A stretch of 64,000 nucleotides of DNA, from the NCBI GenBank assembly GCA_965242965.1, contig OZ251518.1, forward strand, positions 64,001-128,000. Direction: 5' to 3'. Position 1 is the stretch's first letter, and each line of letters begins with the position of its first letter. The stretch comes from Candidatus Poribacteria bacterium. GTDB lineage: Bacteria; Poribacteria; WGA-4E; WGA-3G. Both the position numbers and the translations under genes were made by a program. Shown here in pieces: positions 1-9,888 of the stretch. The notes under the pieces were generated by a model. It was not told where the DNA came from. It did no database searches and saw only the letters and a program-made list of their open reading frames with translations.

Positions 1-1
1 A

Positions 2-1366
2 CACCACCTGAAGGCGCATTTGGAAACTTCCAAGCATTTTCATACGCTGACGAGCTCACCGAACTACAACTTTCTGCGTTCCGGTGTGAAGGAACTGATG
101 AACCACATCTCACCGGAAGCGAAAGCTCTGGCGAGTAAGGTGGAGGCTGCCTTGAAACCGGGCACGCTGTTTGAAGAACTCGGCTTCCGATACTTCGGCC
201 CGATTGACGGGAACGATTTAGACGCGCTGATACCCGTTCTTACCGGTATCCGACAACTCTCAGGGCCGATACTGCTCCATCTCTCGACAGAGAAGGGACG
301 CGGATATCCCCCCGCTGAAGCAGACCCGGTTGGATTTTACAGCGTCAGCGGGCCCTTTAATCTTAAAACTGGTAAAACCACACGGCAGAAATCCCGAATC
401 CCGACGTATACCGAGGTATTCAGCCAGACGTTGACACAATTGGCACAACGCGATGCGCGTATTGTCGGCGTGACAGCGGCAATGCCCGGCGGAACGGGAC
501 TTGATACATTCGCCGATGCATTTCCGAACCGATGCTTTGACTTGGGATTGGCAGAGCAGTGCGCTGTCACCTTCGCCGCTGGACTCGCCACTGAAGGATT
601 GCGGCCCGTCGTCGCCATCTACTCTACCTTCCTCCAACGCGCGTATGACCAGGTGTTACACGACGTTTGTATCCAAAACCTGCCGGTTATCTTCGCTCTG
701 GATAGAGCCGGTCTCGTCGGTGCGGATGGCCCCACACATCACGGCGTGTTCGATCTTGCCTATCTCCGTTCCATCCCGAATCTGGTGGTGATGGCCCCGA
801 AGGACGAGAACGAATTGCAACATGCATTGAAAACGGCGTTGGAGTATCAAGACGGCCCCATCGCCTTCCGTTATCCGCGTGGCACGGGTGTCGGCGTGAA
901 AATGGAAGAGATGCCCAAGGCTTTCCCCATCGGCAGGGGTGAACTCGTCAGAGAAGGGAATGATATCCTCATCGTCGCCGTTGGCAACCGAGTGCATCCC
1001 GCACTGGCCGCCGCGAAAACCTTGGAGGATAACGGTATTTCGGTTGCCGTTATCAATCCGCGGTTTGTCAAACCGTTGGATACCGGCCTCATCCTGCCGA
1101 TGGCGGAACGCATCGGCAAAGTCATCACCGTTGAAGATGGCGTAGTGATGGGCGGCTTCGGCAGCGCAGTGCTAGAAGCACTCTCGGATGCAGGCATGCC
1201 CGGCGTGCAGGTGAAACGTCTCGGCATTCCCGATGCATTTGTTGAGCACGGCGACACGTCCCAACTCTACGCCTTATGCGGCTGTGACGAGAACGGCATT
1301 ATCCGCGCTGTGGAAACTATGATGCAGACACCGTCACCTGCCCGGCAAATCAGGAGCCCGAGATGA
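2..1366 (+). CDS. dxs: 1-deoxy-D-xylulose-5-phosphate synthase, 5'-truncated by window edge
   Basis: Motifs LFEELGFRYFGPIDG, TAAMPGGTGL, AIYSTFLQRAYDQ, DRAGLVGADGPTHHG; frame open from position 2. Confidence 0.96.
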   Translation, partial: HHLKAHLETSKHFHTLTSSPNYNFLRSGVKELMNHISPEAKALASKVEAALKPGTLFEELGFRYFGPIDGNDLDALIPVLTGIRQLSGPILLHLSTEKGRGYPPAEADPVGFYSVSGPFNLKTGKTTRQKSRIPTYTEVFSQTLTQLAQRDARIVGVTAAMPGGTGLDTFADAFPNRCFDLGLAEQCAVTFAAGLATEGLRPVVAIYSTFLQRAYDQVLHDVCIQNLPVIFALDRAGLVGADGPTHHGVFDLAYLRSIPNLVVMAPKDENELQHALKTALEYQDGPIAFRYPRGTGVGVKMEEMPKAFPIGRGELVREGNDILIVAVGNRVHPALAAAKTLEDNGISVAVINPRFVKPLDTGLILPMAERIGKVITVEDGVVMGGFGSAVLEALSDAGMPGVQVKRLGIPDAFVEHGDTSQLYALCGCDENGIIRAVETMMQTPSPARQIRSPR

Positions 1367-2229
1367 CAACAAAAATCCGCATCGATACGTTACTCGTGCA
1401 GCGCGAACTCGTCGAAAGTCGAGAACAAGCGAAACGGCTTCTCCTCGCGGGTTCCGTTCGTGTCAATGGCGAATCGCTGACGAAACCGGGACACCGCGTC
1501 TCCACCGATGCCGATGTTGTCGTGTTGCATCCACCAAAATATGTCAGCCGCGGCGGCTTCAAGTTGGAAAAGGCACTCCGCGTTTTTGACATTGACGTGC
1601 GCGCCCGGGTCGCGATTGATGTCGGTGCTTCCACGGGCGGCTTCACCGATTGCTTGCTCCAGCACGGCGCGGAGTTCGTTTACGCCATTGACGTTGGGTA
1701 TGGGCAACTCGCGTGGAAACTACGCACACATCCTCGCGTCAAACCGATAGAAAAAACGAACATCCGTGACGTAGAGCCAGAATTGTTCACGGATTGCGCC
1801 GGTAGGAGAGACATTCAAGACAAGGAGTTTTCCCCTACAGTGCTACACCTTGCGGTGATTGACGTTTCGTTTATCTCACTCAGGACGGTGCTGCCAAAGG
1901 TAGTCGCCCTCTGTCCGCAGGATATCGTCGCGCTGGTGAAACCGCAATTTGAAGCTGGACGCGCGCACGTCAAAAAAGGTGGAATTGTGCCTGATAAACA
2001 CGTGCATCTTGAGACACTCAAGAATCTGATCTCGTTTTGTGAGGCGCATCTCAATGTGTGCTTGCAAGGGTTAACCTATTCGCCAATTCACCGTGACATC
2101 GGAAATATTGAATATTTGCTGTGGCTGCAACCGGGGATTCCTCATGGCAAAACTGCATCGGTGGAAGAGGTTGTCCAGACAGCCCATCACCACTTTCAGG
2201 CAGGAAAAGCATCATGCATGACTTCATAA
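1363..2229 (+). CDS. tlyA: TlyA family rRNA methyltransferase (S4 + FtsJ-like)
   Basis: RIDTLLV S4 start, YVSRGGFKL, DVGASTGGFTDCLLQ, DVSFISL, LVKPQFE, GNIEYL; ATGA overlap with dxs, a common gene pair. Confidence 0.93.
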   Translation: MTTKIRIDTLLVQRELVESREQAKRLLLAGSVRVNGESLTKPGHRVSTDADVVVLHPPKYVSRGGFKLEKALRVFDIDVRARVAIDVGASTGGFTDCLLQHGAEFVYAIDVGYGQLAWKLRTHPRVKPIEKTNIRDVEPELFTDCAGRRDIQDKEFSPTVLHLAVIDVSFISLRTVLPKVVALCPQDIVALVKPQFEAGRAHVKKGGIVPDKHVHLETLKNLISFCEAHLNVCLQGLTYSPIHRDIGNIEYLLWLQPGIPHGKTASVEEVVQTAHHHFQAGKASCMTS

Positions 2230-5200
2230 AACGCTTTATCAGAAGCAAAATTCTACTCAGCGCATTCGCCTTTTTCAGCATCGCACTCATCGGTGGTGCG
2301 CTCTTCATCCAGTCAGGCACAGTCATGAATTGGGTAAAACAGCGCGTTGAAGCCGAGATTCGCAAGCAGATAACTGATACCTACACCGTGAATATCGGCG
2401 AAATCACTGGGAATGTGCTGACAGGTGTCAAGGTTGATAACGTCGTTGTGTTTCCAAAGGGAGGAAACCCTTCTGACGCGGCAGTCTTGTCGCTGCGGCA
2501 GCTTACCCTCAAGTATAATTTATTCGCACTGCTTTTCCGCAAAATTGAGGTGACAGCACTTGAAATGTCCCAACCGCGTCTCTACGCCGAAGTGGATGCA
2601 GGCGGGACTTTGAACCTCACCGAACTCTTCCGGTTATCCAAAGAATCGCAGGGAGCGGCTCCTCGCGCAACAGACCAGGAAGCATCGGGTTGGACATTTG
2701 CCGTGCAACGCGTTCGCTGCTCAAAAGGCACACTCCGATTCTTGGATAGACAGCGCAACCTAGACATCGCGATTACCGGGGTTACCTTATCCGTCCAGGG
2801 CCCGCTCAACACTTGGAATCATCAAGGTGCTTTCAGTATCAGCGATGGTAGCATCGCATTCAACGACTCGGCGATGGCGATAACACGATTTGACGCTGAT
2901 TTCCTGATTGCCGCTAGCGGCGGCGAGTTGACACAGTTTCAACTCAACGTTGGAAACCACTCGGTTTTAGAAGCAACCGCTCGCTACGATGGAACGTGGC
3001 ACGCCGATATCAACGTGAAAGTAGATGCAGCGGATGTCCAAAAATTCGTGGGAGATATGCCACATATCAACGGTATAGCGTCGTTACACGTCACCGCCGA
3101 AGGCACATCTGATACTGCTTCTGGCACCCTCACTGCAACCGTGCCTTCCCTCACGATAGCCGGACTCTCTGGGCATTTCACGCCTACCGGTGGCACCTTG
3201 TCGCTCCATGATGTGGCAATAGATGTGGATTTCAACACATACCCGGTGCCCACGTTTACTCTCAATCAATTGCAGATGCACGTCGCGGAGGGGCTTTTCC
3301 AAGCCAGCGCGCGGGTGAGAGAGGATAGTTATGAAGGCACATGGCACGCGGCCGGCGTTCAACTCGCCGCTCTTCCACCGATGGAGCCTTTCAGTAATTG
3401 GGACGGAAGTCTCTCCACAACCGGCATGTTCAGTGGAAAAGGCACCGACATCATTAGCACCCTCCGCCTTGAAAGCACGTTGGAGTTAACGGATACACTG
3501 CTGAACAGCATCGCGGTTGAAGATACTAGCATCACCTGCACTGTTGCCGCATCGCCGGTAAGCGCGGTTTCAAACCGTGCCTACGGGAGAAGCAGGGAGC
3601 TCAATGTTGTGGGCACACTCGCCGAAGCCGATGTGCAACTGGGTGGATTCCTTGGAGAAGATTTACATCTCCACGCCACCTCACTTCGCATGGATAAACT
3701 GATGGACATTTTTGGCGGCGGACCGCTTGACGGACTCGGCGAGTTGATTGCGGACATTTCACCGACAGGGACGATGAAAGGACACATCGAAATCCCTGAC
3801 GCAACTTTCATGGACATCCCCCTCGGCGTATTGGCAGGCGATTTTCGGTATCAAGACGCGCAAGTGTTCGTGGAAAACGGCCTCTTGACAAAGGGTGAAA
3901 GTCGTGTTTCCATAGAAGGAACAGTTGATGTTGAAGGCGAACTCCCCGCGCGGTTTCGCATCTTCGCCAATTCGTGCCAGGTCGCGGAGTATCGGCAACT
4001 CCTCTTTGGAAACGCCGAGTATGACATATCGGGGCGCGTCACCGGCGAACTCTTCTGTGACGGTTCTCTCTCTCGTCTTGATGGCAGCGGAACGTTCGCT
4101 GTTACCGAAGGCATCGCTTGGGGTATGCGTTTAGATGAATTGACACTCCCACTGGAAATAGAGGACTATGCCATCGCTATCCCGAATTTCCAGATTTCGG
4201 CGAGAGGACAGCGCGCCGTTCTGAATTTGGAACTAGCGACTACCGGCGACTTCACGCTTGACATCCGGACTCACGCGCCTGTGCAACTCGCCGAACTGGT
4301 GCGCGCCGCTGATGTCCCTGACTTCCCGATAGACGCGAACATGGATATCGTCGTCAGAGGAACGACAAAACATGAGCCCGAAAACGGGTTACGTCAACAA
4401 ACGTCAGTGCCCACAGCCACCTCTCCGAACGCCTCGCGAACAACAAAAAAACGAACGTCAGTGCCCACAGCCACGTCGCCAAACGCCTCGCGAACAACAA
4501 AACTTGACTTCAAATTGGACATCAGGCTGGCTGACATTACCTATGAAGGCAATCCACTAACCGATGCCACCCTGCACGGCACCCTTGTCGAACGAAAAAA
4601 GACGACAGGAGAACCGGACATCTTTCAGTTTGTTGGGGAAGCGTTTGAGGGCGCGAGCCAGATCAGCGGTGAAATCAGCACTGCCACCGACAGTCCCTAT
4701 CGCTTTACCGTGCAGAGCCGCGCGATGCCCGCCACCCCTATTTTGCGATGCCTCCATCCGATGCTGGAAGTGGTAACGGGCACAGCGGATAGCACAGTTG
4801 AAATCACCGGGACATTGGCAGCTCTTTCGCCGAAGGCAACGGCGTTGTTCTCGGAAGGCGAAAAACCTGTCTATCCTTACGATGTGGATATTGCCATTGA
4901 CACAACGACTCTTCGTTATCGGGACATCCCGATAACGAATTCGGAACAGATTCGCCTGCACCTGAAAGATGATGTGTGGACGTTTGCGGATTTTCGTCTC
5001 GCAACCGAGATGGAAGCAGCTTCACCTTTTGTCTCGCTTACCGGCACCTTTTCTGCACGAGATGAAGCGATGGACATCGTGGCAAAATCGGCAGGTTTCG
5101 CGCTTGAACCTTTAGGCACCGCATTCGGATTCGCTATTGATGGCACGGCGCGTTATGAAATGTCCATGAACGGGACGGTGACTGCGCCAGAAGTTACACT

Positions 5201-8200
5201 TGAACTGATTCTTCCCGCGTTGCGCATGCAAACGGAATTCGGAGATATCCTCGCGTCCACAGCGGATACCGGCGCGAGGGTTCGGTATGAAAACAACTCG
5301 GTGCAGATTGAACCCTTCGCCTTGCAGGTTCATGGGAATAAAATAGATGTGGAGGGAAACATTTCTGTGAATCCAAAAGACATGAACGCTACTCGGCTGA
5401 ATGTCCAACTCCGCGCGCCGCAACTCGCACTCGCGAATTATGAACATCTTATCCGAAAAAGTCTCCCGCCTGAAACGTTCGCGTTGCTAACGGAATCAGT
5501 CTCCCATCCCGATACCGTAGCGCGGGAGCCTGATGGGTTTGCACCGAGACCGGGAGGACTCTCCTACGCCCGCCCCGATACCGTAGTGCGGAGGCCTGTC
5601 CCCCGAAATCCTGATTCTCCTCTCAATACCGTAGCGCGGGGGCCTGTCCCCCGAAATCCTGATTCCTTGGAATGGATAACCGGCACGCTAGACGTTTCCG
5701 TAAACATAGCGGGCAGTCTCGTTGAACCCATCATTACCGTCCAGGCCAAATCCGCCGAAAATCCTGCACGTAATTCTGGAAATCTTGGAAATCCTGCGCA
5801 AATTCGCATCGGCGCGTTCCCGAAACCGATAATTTTGGACGCTATGCAGGCAAGCGTTACCCTAAATCAAGAGACTGTGCGTATCAGCGACGTTGACGTG
5901 AACTGGCAGATAGCGGATGCCACCTATCACGCACACGGCGAGGCAAACTTCCCTAATAGGAAAGCCGTCCCGGGCTCAACAGAACTCCCTATGCTGAAAC
6001 CCCGATTTGCCTTCACTCTCGCCGCAAATCAACTAGAAGTAGCCGATTTTGCTGCTCTGTTCCTTAAACAAGCAAAACCGTCACTCCGCGGCACGCTTTC
6101 CGCAGTAGTGGAGTTGACAGGCAGCGGCATGTCGCCAGAACAAATCTCTGCAACTTGCGAGGTAACCTCCCTATCCGTTACTGCCGGTTCACTGTATTTC
6201 TCAAACCCGGACACCGTGCTTACTGTGGCATCCCGCTATGGTGCGCTGGAGGGTGCGTTCACCTTCAATCTCGCGTCACCACTGCTCGCCGGTTCGGTGA
6301 ACGTCGCCATCGGCGGCACACACACTGCACCGGAAATTGTTGCAACCGGACATGGGGCTCTCCACCATCTCAATTGGCTTGGTGCCATTGATTACCGTGA
6401 TGAACAGATTACCGTCCATCGTGTGGAACTTAGTTCACGTGAGCAGAAAAAGTTAACGCTGACTGGCAGTATCCCCTTCAATCTGGCACTGACATCCGTG
6501 CCGGTAACGGAACGGTTCCTGGATAAACCGGTGGAGGTGCATCTCCGTGGACACGAACTGCCGCTTGCGTTTTTCCCGAAAATGGACGCAGTCTTTTCAA
6601 CGTCCGAAGGTGTTGTTGATATTAACATCGGTATCGTCGGTGCAACACGCTCGCCGCAGCTCAGTGGCGGTGTTTCCGTATTGGCACCACATCTTCAATT
6701 AAAGGGTTTTCCCGAGCCGTTCCGTAATGCAACGCTGCATCTCACGGCAAGTGAGGCCGGACTTGAAAGTCATAACTTTCGTTTTGAGGTGGGTGATGGC
6801 GCGTGCATCGGGCAGCGCGCCCACGTGATGTTAGATGGATTAACGCCGAAGGGACTTACGCTCACCGGATTCCATCTCCACCAATTTCCGCTAGCAGGCA
6901 TCGCGCGGCAGGCTGTTCCATCCGATGCGCTAGGGGCGGTTCGCGGACATGTCACGGCAACTGTGTCGGAATTCCGCATCCCGCTAGATAGTTTTTTCAT
7001 TGAAGCGATGCCCGGTGTGCCTTTTCCACAACTCAGCCGAGTCCCATCGCTCACTGCACTCGCCGAAGTCGCCACGGCATCAGCTGAAATAGAAGAGGTT
7101 CGCTTCGCCTTTAACGCGGCGGTAACTGCCTCAGGCGAACCGATTCAATACGACTTGCGGAATATGGAACCCGTGCCGATAGTGCTAGCAGATGGCAGCG
7201 CGCGCCTTTTGAAGGAATTTTTGATGAAAGATTTTTCCTATTGGCGCGCAGCATTCGGACAGGGGAACGCAGCAGTGGGACAGCCGCTATTTCGCATCAA
7301 AGGCGATTTTGTTGCGCAACTGAACGATGACAAGTTGCCCTCGGAACTTCAAACGCGACTGCAGGAACGCGCGCCGATGGAAAGTTACATACTCACGAAA
7401 AGAGAAGATTTATGGCGGATTTTTGGCGGGGATACAAACGCGCCTGACTTCTGGCTTTGGCAGCGCGTGAAAGCTGATGAGCAGTCTAACGGCCGGATAC
7501 AGATTTTTGAAGAGTCCCCTGCACTCGGCGTGGACAGGGAGGCATCTTTTGGAATCAAGGCAGATTTCTCGCAGGAACTTAATGCTGAGACGGTGCCAGC
7601 AGAACTTCGCAGCCAATTGCAATCCAAAGGGCTTATTCTTCCCGAAACGCTCCACGTCTCTAAAATTGACACGCTATGGCAAGTGCATGATGAAGAAACG
7701 AAGCATCGCTGGATGCTGTCACAAGAAGGGGCAGGCACGAAAGAGCCCGTTCTCTCGGTTTTTGAGCACAGTCTCCAAGTGAGTTTGGATAAAGGGAGCA
7801 CGGTTCAAATGGCGGCATGTGATATCGCGGCGCGTGTCAAAAATCTTGATGTCGCGCCTCTGACAATGGACTGGCCCGAGGAGTATCAAGTCAAAGGGAC
7901 ACTTTCCGCGAGTCTCCAATTGGGAACTACCAACGGTGCGCCTAGGATAACGCTCCGCCGGAAGAAGCCGAGGACTCGGACGCATCTCGACGGCATCCAT
8001 CTCAACGGCGTACCGATTGAACTGAACGGGCGGCTCCGTTATACCGATGGTGCATGGGAACTGACAGAAACCAGACCTTTTCTGCTCGCCATTGAACCCG
8101 AAAATACCATCGCTGTCTTTTTTGTCTGCAAGGCACCGCCAAGCACGGAGAAGGAAACGGGTGGCGATGAAGTTGTGAAGACTTCGGTTCCTGGTCCTTT

Positions 8201-9413
8201 TTGGAAACAGGTTTTTGAAGCACCGGCGCATTTGCTTACAGGGAAACTCACCGGCGGTGTGGATATTCAAATGCAAGACCTGAAAACGCTCCAATTTCTC
8301 ATGCCTACCGTGAGCGATGCTGGCGGCGCGTGCGAAGGCACTGTCCGCCTGAGTGGCACACTAGATACCCCGCAAATTGATGGCACGGTGATGTTCACGA
8401 ATCTCGCGTTGGAGCAGGAAGAAACCGGGCTTGCGTTCCATTCGGTGGAAGGCGCGTGCCAACTCTCCAATGCACAACTCGCGATTACGCGACTCGGCGG
8501 CATCGTGAACGGCGGCGGCTTCTCTGTAACCGGTGATGTATTCTTATGGACAACAGCCGAACGCCTATGGAACCCTATTGAACCGACATTCGCTCTGGAA
8601 TCCACGCTAGCGAAGGCAACGTTCGCTCAAGAAGGACAGTATCATCTCGAAGTGGATTCAGCGACGTTGGGATTTGACGGGCCCATCGCCTCCCCACTCC
8701 TCACCGGCACGGTGAATATCCGCGACGGCGAATATCGTCAAAATTGGGAGAACGTGCGCGAGTGGTTCGCCGGCACCTCGGTTACCGCCACGGAAGTCGC
8801 CTTAGATGCATCCCCACTCCGCGAACTTCAGTTAGACGTGCGCCTCAACGTGCCGAGTTTCTACCTACTCTCCTCGGTGGTAGGCCCGACAGACATCCAC
8901 ATCGCCTGCGACGGCACACTTACAGGGTTGGTGCAACAGCCCATTTTCAAAGGCGATGTCCGAATCCTTGATGGACGGGTGAGTTTCTTGACACAGCAAT
9001 TCGCGTTCGTTGAAGGTTCACGTATCAGCAACGATAGCACCACCGTGTTTGACCCGGGGCTGGACATTCGCCTCCGGACTGTCAACCCGCTTCGGGCAGT
9101 CCCGCTCCGCGACGGTAGCACGGCAGACTTGGATGTGTTGCTCACCTATCAGGGAAACCTGAGCGATGCCGATTTCAATCTGCGCGCGGAACCAGTGAAC
9201 GCCACGACAACCGAATTGCCAACGCAGGAAGAAATCTGGACGTTGCTCTCGCAGCGACTTACGCTACCTTTCGGCGGTGTCACCTTCGGTTTTGAACCCT
9301 ATTCCCGGCATATCAGTGTCGAATATCTATTGCCGCGAAATATGTCGCTTAAGTTTGAACGGGACAAGCACGAGGGATATGGCATTGATTTCCAATTTGA
9401 AGGCCGCTTTTGA
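2214..9413 (+). CDS. Giant TamB/AsmA-like (DUF490-type) envelope protein
   Basis: N-terminal TM anchor, long beta-taco-like repeats, TamB-like C-terminus ending in FQFEGRF, adjacent to an Omp85 gene; start placed at ATG 2214. Confidence 0.75.
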   Translation: MHDFIKRFIRSKILLSAFAFFSIALIGGALFIQSGTVMNWVKQRVEAEIRKQITDTYTVNIGEITGNVLTGVKVDNVVVFPKGGNPSDAAVLSLRQLTLKYNLFALLFRKIEVTALEMSQPRLYAEVDAGGTLNLTELFRLSKESQGAAPRATDQEASGWTFAVQRVRCSKGTLRFLDRQRNLDIAITGVTLSVQGPLNTWNHQGAFSISDGSIAFNDSAMAITRFDADFLIAASGGELTQFQLNVGNHSVLEATARYDGTWHADINVKVDAADVQKFVGDMPHINGIASLHVTAEGTSDTASGTLTATVPSLTIAGLSGHFTPTGGTLSLHDVAIDVDFNTYPVPTFTLNQLQMHVAEGLFQASARVREDSYEGTWHAAGVQLAALPPMEPFSNWDGSLSTTGMFSGKGTDIISTLRLESTLELTDTLLNSIAVEDTSITCTVAASPVSAVSNRAYGRSRELNVVGTLAEADVQLGGFLGEDLHLHATSLRMDKLMDIFGGGPLDGLGELIADISPTGTMKGHIEIPDATFMDIPLGVLAGDFRYQDAQVFVENGLLTKGESRVSIEGTVDVEGELPARFRIFANSCQVAEYRQLLFGNAEYDISGRVTGELFCDGSLSRLDGSGTFAVTEGIAWGMRLDELTLPLEIEDYAIAIPNFQISARGQRAVLNLELATTGDFTLDIRTHAPVQLAELVRAADVPDFPIDANMDIVVRGTTKHEPENGLRQQTSVPTATSPNASRTTKKRTSVPTATSPNASRTTKLDFKLDIRLADITYEGNPLTDATLHGTLVERKKTTGEPDIFQFVGEAFEGASQISGEISTATDSPYRFTVQSRAMPATPILRCLHPMLEVVTGTADSTVEITGTLAALSPKATALFSEGEKPVYPYDVDIAIDTTTLRYRDIPITNSEQIRLHLKDDVWTFADFRLATEMEAASPFVSLTGTFSARDEAMDIVAKSAGFALEPLGTAFGFAIDGTARYEMSMNGTVTAPEVTLELILPALRMQTEFGDILASTADTGARVRYENNSVQIEPFALQVHGNKIDVEGNISVNPKDMNATRLNVQLRAPQLALANYEHLIRKSLPPETFALLTESVSHPDTVAREPDGFAPRPGGLSYARPDTVVRRPVPRNPDSPLNTVARGPVPRNPDSLEWITGTLDVSVNIAGSLVEPIITVQAKSAENPARNSGNLGNPAQIRIGAFPKPIILDAMQASVTLNQETVRISDVDVNWQIADATYHAHGEANFPNRKAVPGSTELPMLKPRFAFTLAANQLEVADFAALFLKQAKPSLRGTLSAVVELTGSGMSPEQISATCEVTSLSVTAGSLYFSNPDTVLTVASRYGALEGAFTFNLASPLLAGSVNVAIGGTHTAPEIVATGHGALHHLNWLGAIDYRDEQITVHRVELSSREQKKLTLTGSIPFNLALTSVPVTERFLDKPVEVHLRGHELPLAFFPKMDAVFSTSEGVVDINIGIVGATRSPQLSGGVSVLAPHLQLKGFPEPFRNATLHLTASEAGLESHNFRFEVGDGACIGQRAHVMLDGLTPKGLTLTGFHLHQFPLAGIARQAVPSDALGAVRGHVTATVSEFRIPLDSFFIEAMPGVPFPQLSRVPSLTALAEVATASAEIEEVRFAFNAAVTASGEPIQYDLRNMEPVPIVLADGSARLLKEFLMKDFSYWRAAFGQGNAAVGQPLFRIKGDFVAQLNDDKLPSELQTRLQERAPMESYILTKREDLWRIFGGDTNAPDFWLWQRVKADEQSNGRIQIFEESPALGVDREASFGIKADFSQELNAETVPAELRSQLQSKGLILPETLHVSKIDTLWQVHDEETKHRWMLSQEGAGTKEPVLSVFEHSLQVSLDKGSTVQMAACDIAARVKNLDVAPLTMDWPEEYQVKGTLSASLQLGTTNGAPRITLRRKKPRTRTHLDGIHLNGVPIELNGRLRYTDGAWELTETRPFLLAIEPENTIAVFFVCKAPPSTEKETGGDEVVKTSVPGPFWKQVFEAPAHLLTGKLTGGVDIQMQDLKTLQFLMPTVSDAGGACEGTVRLSGTLDTPQIDGTVMFTNLALEQEETGLAFHSVEGACQLSNAQLAITRLGGIVNGGGFSVTGDVFLWTTAERLWNPIEPTFALESTLAKATFAQEGQYHLEVDSATLGFDGPIASPLLTGTVNIRDGEYRQNWENVREWFAGTSVTATEVALDASPLRELQLDVRLNVPSFYLLSSVVGPTDIHIACDGTLTGLVQQPIFKGDVRILDGRVSFLTQQFAFVEGSRISNDSTTVFDPGLDIRLRTVNPLRAVPLRDGSTADLDVLLTYQGNLSDADFNLRAEPVNATTTELPTQEEIWTLLSQRLTLPFGGVTFGFEPYSRHISVEYLLPRNMSLKFERDKHEGYGIDFQFEGRF
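4401..4502 (+). repeat. 54-bp in-frame tandem duplication within tamB-like gene (TSVPTATSPNASRTTK x2)
   Basis: ACGTCAGTGCCCACAGCCAC at 4401 and 4455. Confidence 0.9.
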
Positions 9414-9520
9414 GCAGGATTCACAAGATTTACAAGATTTTCAGGATTATAGGATACGTTCAATAACAGTCTCCTTGTATCCTACTATCATGACGCTATC
9501 GGACTTCAAGAGGGAAATTT

Positions 9521-9786
9521 GAGGGTGTTTCATAACTCCGTTTCGGTAGTTATCCCGCCTTGGAGGGCGAGCGAATACCAGAAGGCATCGGGCCCACCTC
9601 TGTAGTTCGGGAGCGCCTGCTCCCGAACAGGTCAAGATCAGGCGATCTTGACCTACAGGGGTGATGCGGTCTGCCAGCCAAACCATGGCGAGGGCCTGTC
9701 CCTCGCCCTACGTGAAGCGGAGGCGTTTTTTTCACCGGCGCGCGATGCCTGTCACCGCGACGTTGAGCGAGTTATGAAACACCCTC
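9521..9786. mobile_element. MITE-like element with 18-bp perfect terminal inverted repeats, carrying GTAG-REP hairpins
   Basis: GAGGGTGTTTCATAACTC (9521-9538) / GAGTTATGAAACACCCTC (9769-9786); related copies elsewhere in window. Confidence 0.7.
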
Positions 9787-9888
9787 GGGCGATTTGCAAT
9801 TGCAACCAGAAATCGGGCCAGGAATCTGGTATAATCCTGCCAATCCTGCTTGCGTGCCAAACCACAACCAGAGACAAGGAGACTCGCC